A stretch of 20,629 nt of DNA from a virus: IMG/VR virus record IMGVR_UViG_3300032167_002503; one strand, written 5' to 3'. The notes under the pieces were generated by a model. The model was given only the letters and a program-made list of their open reading frames with translations. It was not told where the DNA came from and made no database searches. Shown here piece by piece: positions 14,098-20,629 of the stretch. The stretch's first letter is position 1; each line of letters opens with the position of its first letter. Both the position numbers and the translations under genes were made by a program.

Positions 14098-17000
14098 TAT
14101 CCTCTGATTCTTCTCCTACATATCTTTCACTACGAAGCACCAGGGTTCCATCTTCGCCATAGTCATCAATCTTATACAACTGATGACTATTGCTGCTTGC
14201 GTACTTCTTAGCGATAAACTCGTTGCCTCGTCTAATTCCCTGTACGAGAATCTTCTGTCCTCTATTGAACCAAGAGCGCTCAAGAACCTTTCTTGTTCCA
14301 TCAGCGTTTCTCTGGAAGGTCTGCTTATCAAAAAGGGCAAAATATTCCTTACGGAATTTCACGGGTACAACACCATCAGTCGTGAGCAAAAAGACCGTAC
14401 CCTTATCTTTGTTCTTTGCGATACAAGTACCGCAGATTTTTGTGAGCTTATAGATAGGGATTGTAGAGCCTCCACGATGGAATACCTTATCAACAACTGG
14501 CTCTTCGGGAAGAGAATAGAAGTCGGCCAAGCCGTATTTCTTCATGTCCACATTCTTGAGTTCGTGGTCGTGATAATAGAAGCACATGGCTTCCATTTCC
14601 CAAGAAGAAACATTTCCCTCTGCGTACTTCTCCCAATCTTTCATAAAGATGGAAGTATTCAATGCATCAAGAACTTCTTCCTTGTTACCCTTAATCCAGT
14701 CGCGGAAAGTGTCCATGTATGACTGATAGACGTTATCCCAAGCTTTTGTAGTGACAAAGAAATCGTCGTCATACAGGTTCTCCAAACCAAGGCTATTAAG
14801 GAAGTCAATGGCTCTCACATCAAGCTTAAAACCTTCCAAAGTCTTGCATTGGTCTTTCAGATAACGATTAAACTCGTATACTCTACGAGGAGTCACAAAC
14901 TCTTCTCCTGTTGGTAATAGGTCATGTTTAATCAAGCCGGGCATATTCTGCAACGTAAGCCGCTGTTTCTTGTCACAGCTTAACCATAGATATTGCACCA
15001 TGGCCTCTTCTTGACTACAGAACTCACTGAACGCACCACCCTTAATCAAAGAAATCATTTCTTGACGCTTAGGTGAAGCTCTATGATAGAAGTCTACCAA
15101 TGACACATAAGGTCTACGTTCAATGATATTATTAACAAAGTCATCGCTGATATTAACCAATGCTTTAAGACCGAACATGATGCGATTATGCTTTTCATCT
15201 GGCTCAAAACCGAGAGCAGACTGGTTAATATCAACAAGAGAAACAGATACTCCCTCGTCACGGATGCGGTTAACAGACTGCGCCATTTTTGCATAGTCGG
15301 TTGAACCATCTTCACCACCGCTGTCTGCAATCAAACAAGCGGTGTTCCAATAGATTGTGGGAAATCTAAAAGCCAGATTCATCTCTTGCAAAGCGATAAG
15401 AGAATAGGCAAGTGTGTGCGATTTGTTGAAGCCATAACCACGGCTAGTTGCCACAAGGACATTCCAGACATAGTTGCATAGGTTCTTACTAAGACCCTTT
15501 GCTTCAACGCCTTCAAAATATTCTTTGGTAAGCTGGTTATACTCTTCTGGTTTTTTCTTCGCAATAGATTTGCGAAGACGATCGGCCCAGGTAAGGTCAA
15601 ATCCACCACACTCGGGAATTTGTACCAACTGCATGAAGCCCTCTTGGGACTCACAAATACCAGAGCTGGGTAGTAAGATGGGTTCAAGGATTTTTTGTTC
15701 TTCCTTGGTGAGTCCATACTGTTCCATCTCCTTATACCACTCATTTATGTCTTGACGGAAACGAGCAAATTTATTCAATGGCTGTTCTGCATTTTTTTCT
15801 GGTGCCATCAATCGAATGACAGAGTTTAGAGTTGCAAGGTCGTCTACGCTCAAAGGCTTAGACAAAGCGATACCTTGAATACCGCTCTGTTTCTCCATCT
15901 GGAACAAAGACAAAATCTTGTGGTCATGCACCATTTTCCACATATCGGGGTCATTGCGCTCGATATTATAGATACCAATACAGCTCTCGTAAGTATCCTT
16001 GATATTGCCTTTATCCTCTATATAACCATACTTAATCAGCAGGTCAAGACAATTATGAATCTTGTCCAGTGCTTCGACCGACAAGACGTCGTACTTAATC
16101 AAACTTACAGCTTCACAGTCATGAAGCTCATATGCCGTTACGATTGTACCATCGGGTGCAGTCATCAATGCAGTAGATTCTGTGAACGGTCTATCAACAA
16201 AGATAACACCACCTGCGTGAATACCCATACGACAGATAAGGCCCTCAATTTTCTGGGCAACCTTCCACAATTCTGGGTTGGTATCCATTGCTTGTACAAA
16301 CGGCTTTACAGGTGCCCATCCTTCACCCTCGTCACCATAATAACATTGCTTTAGAGAGCGCAACATCCCGCGGTCCGCAGGTATGAGTGAAGAAATATAC
16401 TGGGCTTCGTCAATATCAATACCGAGACCTCTTGCTGCTGTTTGAATAGCCGCCTTACTTTTCTCGGTACCGAAGGTGGCAACGTTAGCCACTCTATCTT
16501 GACCATAAACCTGTCTCAATCTCTCAAGAACAACACCACGGCGTCCGCCCTCAATGTCGAAGTCTACATCCAAAACAGATACACGACTTGGGTTCAAGAA
16601 ACGCCAAGCAAAAGTAGGAGTTGTTTCTCTGAGAGGGTTAATCTGTGTGATGCCCAAGATATATAGTAGAATAAAACCAACGCCAGAACCACGACCAGGT
16701 CCAACAAGAGAACCAGCATCCCAACAGGTATCAATAATGTTTTGCAGATTGAGATAATAAGAAGACCAGTGGGTCTTATTAACCTCAGAAGATTCCCAAG
16801 TCATATCAAGACATTCGTTGATTGCATCGTAGGTCGCTTGATTTTGTAGGGTCGTATCCCATTCAAGTCTTTCTACTATTGCTTGCGCGAGGCGCACATC
16901 ACCGTGATAATCAGACTCCACAAATCTCTTCAATTCGGGAATCTTATCATACCAAAGAGAGAGCTTACCCTTGGGCGCCGCAAACTTCCAAGGAAGTTCC

Positions 17001-17902
17001 GGAATATTTAGCGGTTTCGTGAGGTCGTAATCCTCACACATATCGAAAATATGCTGGATGGTTCTATATGCGGGTTGCACTACCTCTTGGTCGTTCTGGA
17101 AATATTTTTCCAGTTCCTCGGTAGACATCATATAAGTAGTAGCATAGAAGCTATCCACTTCTCGGTCACCATCTTGAGCATTAAGGTAAGCCTTGTGGAT
17201 AGAGGCATCTTCCTTTGCTAGATAGTGAGTATCCGTAGTAATGATATATGGAATATCCAGCTTGAAGCTTAGCTCTCGCAAAGCCGCATTGACAAGAGCC
17301 TGTTCGTTTTCTGGGTCTGCGGGCGGCTGTAATTCCAGATAGAAGTTACCTTCTCCGAAAAGTCGCTTCATTTGTAGCAGCCATTTTTCCGCCTCTTCAA
17401 ACCGACCATTCAAGATAAGAAATGGAACATACCCACCAAGGCATGCAGTAGAACCTATCACGTGGCCTTTGTTGCCATCAATAACATCAATGATGTCTTG
17501 ATAATAGGTAGGTACTCTTTTCATTTTACCTTGCTTCCAGCTTCTTAACCATGCTCTTGAGGAAATCTCTCGAATTTGTCTATGACCCTCTGCATCCTTA
17601 GCAAGCAGAATAAAGTGCCAAAATCTGTCTTGACCACTGGTATAGTTCTCTTTGGTCATACCATTTCGGCACAGATAAATCTCATTACCGAGAATCATCT
17701 TGAAGTCTGGATGTTCCTTCTTGACTTTCTTATAATGCTTTTGCGCACGAATAGAATTGCAAATAGACTCGTGGTCTGTAATTGCAACTCCTGTGTGTCC
17801 AAGTTTAATAGCTTGGTCAATTAGGTCTTCAGTTTTAATGATACAGTCTCGCAATCTGATGTTTGAGAAATCAGTGTGATTGTGTAAACTACCTGGATAC
17901 AC
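14087..17902 (-). CDS. dnaE: DNA polymerase III alpha subunit, DnaE-type, with an N-terminal PHP domain (1271 aa). It starts at GTG.
   Basis: The PHP motif HNHTDFSNIRLRDCIIKTEDLIDQAIKLGHTGVAITDHESI is present. The length and the conserved polymerase core fit DnaE. RBS GGAGAGGAG. Confidence 0.93.
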   Translation of the reverse strand: MYPGSLHNHTDFSNIRLRDCIIKTEDLIDQAIKLGHTGVAITDHESICNSIRAQKHYKKVKKEHPDFKMILGNEIYLCRNGMTKENYTSGQDRFWHFILLAKDAEGHRQIREISSRAWLRSWKQGKMKRVPTYYQDIIDVIDGNKGHVIGSTACLGGYVPFLILNGRFEEAEKWLLQMKRLFGEGNFYLELQPPADPENEQALVNAALRELSFKLDIPYIITTDTHYLAKEDASIHKAYLNAQDGDREVDSFYATTYMMSTEELEKYFQNDQEVVQPAYRTIQHIFDMCEDYDLTKPLNIPELPWKFAAPKGKLSLWYDKIPELKRFVESDYHGDVRLAQAIVERLEWDTTLQNQATYDAINECLDMTWESSEVNKTHWSSYYLNLQNIIDTCWDAGSLVGPGRGSGVGFILLYILGITQINPLRETTPTFAWRFLNPSRVSVLDVDFDIEGGRRGVVLERLRQVYGQDRVANVATFGTEKSKAAIQTAARGLGIDIDEAQYISSLIPADRGMLRSLKQCYYGDEGEGWAPVKPFVQAMDTNPELWKVAQKIEGLICRMGIHAGGVIFVDRPFTESTALMTAPDGTIVTAYELHDCEAVSLIKYDVLSVEALDKIHNCLDLLIKYGYIEDKGNIKDTYESCIGIYNIERNDPDMWKMVHDHKILSLFQMEKQSGIQGIALSKPLSVDDLATLNSVIRLMAPEKNAEQPLNKFARFRQDINEWYKEMEQYGLTKEEQKILEPILLPSSGICESQEGFMQLVQIPECGGFDLTWADRLRKSIAKKKPEEYNQLTKEYFEGVEAKGLSKNLCNYVWNVLVATSRGYGFNKSHTLAYSLIALQEMNLAFRFPTIYWNTACLIADSGGEDGSTDYAKMAQSVNRIRDEGVSVSLVDINQSALGFEPDEKHNRIMFGLKALVNISDDFVNNIIERRPYVSLVDFYHRASPKRQEMISLIKGGAFSEFCSQEEAMVQYLWLSCDKKQRLTLQNMPGLIKHDLLPTGEEFVTPRRVYEFNRYLKDQCKTLEGFKLDVRAIDFLNSLGLENLYDDDFFVTTKAWDNVYQSYMDTFRDWIKGNKEEVLDALNTSIFMKDWEKYAEGNVSSWEMEAMCFYYHDHELKNVDMKKYGLADFYSLPEEPVVDKVFHRGGSTIPIYKLTKICGTCIAKNKDKGTVFLLTTDGVVPVKFRKEYFALFDKQTFQRNADGTRKVLERSWFNRGQKILVQGIRRGNEFIAKKYASSNSHQLYKIDDYGEDGTLVLRSERYVGEESEDNED

Positions 17903-17934
17903 TATTTACGCTCCTCTCCATGCTTTATATAACT

Positions 17935-17963
17935 ATAATAGCATAAATAATATGTTAAGTCAA
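17935..17963 (-). promoter_or_regulatory. Consensus-like sigma-70 promoter on the minus strand: TTGACT (17958-17963), a 17-nt spacer, TATTAT (17935-17940). It lies immediately upstream of the polymerase gene.
   Basis: Seen directly in the 60-nt gap between the helicase stop and the dnaE start. Confidence 0.5.
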
Positions 17964-19136
17964 TCAGTTTTTCAGCACAAGGGTCAGCTTGGACTCTGCT
18001 CTCGTTACACAAGTATACATATGTCGAGCATGCTCAATCGGGTCGAATGGGAATCCCTCTTCAATGGTCAAAACCTTACCCCATTGACTACCCTGGCCAC
18101 GGTGTCCGGTAATCGCATATCCATAGTTAAATTCAATAGGCAACATTGGATTAGCCTTGTTTCTACGAATAGCATATTCCTGCTTAGGGTCAAAATACTT
18201 GACTCCGGTGGTTAAAGCAGTATAGTCAACCGGTAGGTCAATATATTTATCGTTCTTCGTAGTAATGGTAGTTCTTAAAATTGGCGCGGTTACAGTTGCT
18301 CCATTTAGCTTATAAGCTACAGTTTCTGGAACCATACTCTCAATCCAACCAATAGAACCATTGATTAGTGGGTCGCACTTTTCAAACGACATGGTATCCC
18401 AACAATTCCGCAGACAGATGATTTTATCGCCAATTTCCGGCTCTGTGCCACGGCCATTTATTTCTCTCATATAAGAGTTAATGTCATGACGAGTACGATT
18501 GGTAGCAACCAAAATCTGGTCTGCCCAATGATACATACCGTCTACCAAATCTCTTTTATGAAAGACTTGAACATCATTTCCCTTAAAAGGGGCAATCTTC
18601 TTGCCTTCTCTAATGTCCATGCTCAAACAGATAATGTCGCTCTCTTTGGCCTGTCGCATAATTTCGTCAAGGAAAATATGCGGATTGTCAAGAACATGGT
18701 TGTCCTGAGTCTTGTCTATTGGCGGTATCTGGAAGGGGTCGCCGCAAGCAATCACATAAACTCCATGACTAAGCAGCAAATCCCACATATCTTTTGGTAA
18801 CATACTAACCTCGTCTACAATAACAAGGTTGTAATCAATAGAGGGTCTAGGTCTAAAGATAAATTTGCCAGAGGCTAACTGCTTACTATAATAAAGCAGC
18901 TTATGTGCGGTCATGGCATTGGGGTTGCCCTTCTCTCTTAAAACCTCAGACGCTTTACCCGTAAAGGTGATATAGGCTACCTCTTCTGGAGCGAAATCAA
19001 GAGCAGCAACAATGAAGTTAATCAAGGTAGATTTGCCTGTACCAGCATATCCCGCAATTACAGTATATGCTTCATGATTTCTATATCTCTCAAGAGCAAT
19101 CCTTAATCCTTCCTCTTGTTTACGTGTTAGTTCCAT
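17964..19136 (-). CDS. RecD/Pif1-like superfamily-1 DNA helicase (390 aa).
   Basis: Walker A GYAGTGKST, Walker B LVIVDEVSM, motif III-like MTAHKLL and a C-terminal YAITGHRGQGSQW (RecD motif VI-like) are present. Confidence 0.85.
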   Translation of the reverse strand: MELTRKQEEGLRIALERYRNHEAYTVIAGYAGTGKSTLINFIVAALDFAPEEVAYITFTGKASEVLREKGNPNAMTAHKLLYYSKQLASGKFIFRPRPSIDYNLVIVDEVSMLPKDMWDLLLSHGVYVIACGDPFQIPPIDKTQDNHVLDNPHIFLDEIMRQAKESDIICLSMDIREGKKIAPFKGNDVQVFHKRDLVDGMYHWADQILVATNRTRHDINSYMREINGRGTEPEIGDKIICLRNCWDTMSFEKCDPLINGSIGWIESMVPETVAYKLNGATVTAPILRTTITTKNDKYIDLPVDYTALTTGVKYFDPKQEYAIRRNKANPMLPIEFNYGYAITGHRGQGSQWGKVLTIEEGFPFDPIEHARHMYTCVTRAESKLTLVLKN

Positions 19137-19338
19137 TGTTCACACTCCTTGTGTTTTCCATTTGTGCTCCGCAGAAAGGGCAATAAGGGTATTGGCCATC
19201 CGCGGGAGATCGTTTACCACAATGACTACAAGTTCTTTCGAACCAAGTAAAGTATTCTGGTTCTTCCCATAAGCCTTGGATACATTCATTATGCGGAGTT
19301 TCTAACCATTTTGCTTTCATATCAATCATGCTCTCCAA
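19120..19338 (-). CDS. Small zinc-ribbon protein (72 aa).
   Basis: CSHCG...CPFCG is a CxxC...CxxC pair. The stop overlaps the helicase start. Confidence 0.5.
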   Translation of the reverse strand: MESMIDMKAKWLETPHNECIQGLWEEPEYFTWFERTCSHCGKRSPADGQYPYCPFCGAQMENTRSVNNGTNT

Positions 19339-19531
19339 TCAATTCATCGAGGATTTGGTAAAACCGCATCATATCTCTGTCCGCGGCTCGTTGAGCACGA
19401 TACCCATCACCCTCGTATTTATTGTGGATTTCGGCGCGCATTTGCGCTTCTCTTGCTATTTTATATCTCAAACAAAGACTGTCATATCCATATCCCTTGA
19501 TTCTTTTCTCCAGGGCGGCGAGTTCTTTCAT
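19322..19531 (-). CDS. Hypothetical small helical protein (69 aa).
   Basis: ORF with GGAGG RBS. No family recognised. Confidence 0.5.
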   Translation of the reverse strand: MKELAALEKRIKGYGYDSLCLRYKIAREAQMRAEIHNKYEGDGYRAQRAADRDMMRFYQILDELIGEHD

Positions 19532-19570
19532 ACTTTTGCCTCCAAAAATAGGTAAACCAATTTTAGGTTT

Positions 19571-19604
19571 GGAGGACGGCCGAGCTCGTCCCGGCCAGTC
19601 CTCC
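19571..19604. other. GC-rich nested stem-loop GGAGGAC-GGCCG-...-CGGCC-A-GTCCTCC in an AT-rich context. It lies between the lysozyme-like gene and the downstream minus-strand genes.
   Basis: Seen directly. No clear U-tract on the minus strand. A T-rich run follows on the plus strand. Confidence 0.4.
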
Positions 19605-19615
19605 TTAATGTATTG

Positions 19616-20374
19616 TTAGCTTATAAAGTAGTTATACGCGGCAAGGGCATTTTTCTGTCTCGCTGCGTAGCTACCAGAGCCACATCTTTCGTATGCTTTC
19701 GCAAAGGCCAGTGCAGCCTGCTTACAATCTGTTAGCTGCAAGAAGTCTTCATAATCAAAGCCTTTCTTATATGCATATCCAAAAGTATCTATCTCATAAG
19801 CTATCGTATCTCGTAAAAAAGCGCATTGCTCTTCTAAAGAGGCTCCCCATACCTCTTCTAAATACGCTTTGTTCCACTGGCACATTCCATAATATCCATT
19901 GCCAGATAGCTGGTACTGAATGTCAAGCGTTTGTCCACCGACTTCCGCCATTAAGTTGCCCATAATACCTGCACAGACATAATCGCTGTACCCTAATTCC
20001 TTGAAGTAGCTCCATATATAAGTTGCTGTTGAATACTCTTCTTCTTTCTGATGCCAATGTTCCACAAGTTCATCGTGCACGGCTTTATATGCAAGCCATG
20101 TAGCATTTGCCTCTTTCCATTCGGCTTTTGCTAATACGATAACCTCATGCGTGTCTTCGTAGCCTAGCTGTCTAGCAGCTTCAGCCATTTGATGCGCGGC
20201 GTTCATAAGCGAGATTTGTTCTTCCATAAGCTCTACCAATGTATCTACATCTGAATAGGTATAGCTAACATTGTTATATTGTACTTCATATGCAGAAGCA
20301 ACAGGCATGGTATATCCAGCCATTAACAATATAATCATTACAGTTGCGACAAAAGAACTAATAAAGCGTTTCAT
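19616..20374 (-). CDS. Secreted cell-wall hydrolase with a phage-tail-lysozyme-like (PF18013-like) C-terminal domain and an N-terminal signal peptide. The likely start is the ATG at 20372-20374 (MKRF...), not the upstream TTG.
   Basis: AAGGAGG RBS upstream of MKRFISSFVATVMIILLMAGYTMPVASA|YEV. The C-terminal domain VCAGIMGNLMAEVGG...GYYGMCQWN...FAKAYERCG matches the 'GN..aESG...G.GL.QW...yERp' pattern of that lysozyme family. Confidence 0.6.
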   Translation of the reverse strand: MKRFISSFVATVMIILLMAGYTMPVASAYEVQYNNVSYTYSDVDTLVELMEEQISLMNAAHQMAEAARQLGYEDTHEVIVLAKAEWKEANATWLAYKAVHDELVEHWHQKEEEYSTATYIWSYFKELGYSDYVCAGIMGNLMAEVGGQTLDIQYQLSGNGYYGMCQWNKAYLEEVWGASLEEQCAFLRDTIAYEIDTFGYAYKKGFDYEDFLQLTDCKQAALAFAKAYERCGSGSYAARQKNALAAYNYFIS

Positions 20375-20416
20375 ATTGATTGTTTCCTCCTTTAGCAAGA
20401 GGTTGCGCAATCACCA

Positions 20417-20629
20417 TTAAAAGTAGTATTCTTGTTTGCTGATGATTTCATAGTCCACAACAATGAGTTGTGGTGTTACACTGTTGAAGTATTTATTAAC
20501 CTCTGGTCGTGCAACAAGGTTAATGGTAACGCAACCTGAGTTGGGAGCCAATAGGCTCGTGAACTCGTCCTCGTTCGACTTAAACTTGATGCAAGCAACT
20601 CCATTAGATAATTGAATCTTCAAGGTCGG
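20417..20629 (-). CDS. C-terminal end of an unknown protein. The gene start lies beyond the window end.
   Basis: The ORF runs to the window edge. The M at 20623 is probably internal. Confidence 0.4.
   Translation of the reverse strand, partial: PTLKIQLSNGVACIKFKSNEDEFTSLLAPNSGCVTINLVARPEVNKYFNSVTPQLIVVDYEIISKQEYYF

Noticed and set aside
11256-16757. Short plus-strand ORFs inside nrdD, gmk and dnaE (for example 11256-11489, 12558-12812, 13285-13722, 14183-14722, 15875-16354).
   Set aside because: They are antisense to long, strongly supported minus-strand genes. The stretch 13461-13710 that 13285-13722 covers is in fact the C-terminal extension of gmk read through a TAG.

Overview
The window looks like part of a large phage-like replicon from a moderate-GC Firmicutes-type host. 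Strong AAGGAGG ribosome-binding sites, TTG/GTG start codons and Firmicutes-like protein families support that host assignment.

Gene layout:
- A long minus-strand replication and nucleotide-metabolism module spans about 6.3-19.1 kb. It carries a RecD-like helicase, a DnaE-type DNA polymerase III alpha subunit (1271 aa), guanylate kinase, the anaerobic class III ribonucleotide reductase NrdD with its activase NrdG, a compact formate/nitrite-transporter-like membrane protein, dUTPase, a free-standing GIY-YIG homing endonuclease, a RuvC-like Holliday-junction resolvase and a small membrane/coiled-coil protein.
- This module converges on a plus-strand operon at 2.7-6.2 kb. The two meet at a shared bidirectional intrinsic terminator near 6.24-6.28 kb.
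- The plus-strand operon encodes small, compositionally odd proteins: a holin-like protein, a Q/P/Y-rich protein, a Gly/Cys-rich membrane-anchored protein, a BclA-C/TNF-like domain protein, a Tyr/Met-rich disordered protein and a short HExxH ImmA/IrrE-like peptidase.
- At the left edge a small serine recombinase (resolvase/invertase type) is divergently arranged from a large Big_3-repeat surface protein that runs off the window. The intergenic region between them holds a 12-bp perfect inverted-repeat pair flanking a roughly 134-bp segment with a strongly directional terminator hairpin, which makes it a candidate invertible switch.

Most important observation: TAG is apparently not a stop codon in this element. 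Five genes (the Q/P-rich protein, guanylate kinase, the GIY-YIG endonuclease, RuvC and the membrane/coiled-coil protein) together carry 13 in-frame TAG codons. In each case homology or plausible protein sequence continues across the TAG. No gene in the window terminates with TAG; every stop is TAA or TGA. The Q-rich context around several TAGs suggests glutamine (genetic code 15-like), but that is an inference. A standard-code annotation would truncate or miss these genes. No tRNA, rRNA or CRISPR array was recognisable in the window. The family assignments are based on remembered motifs, not on searches.
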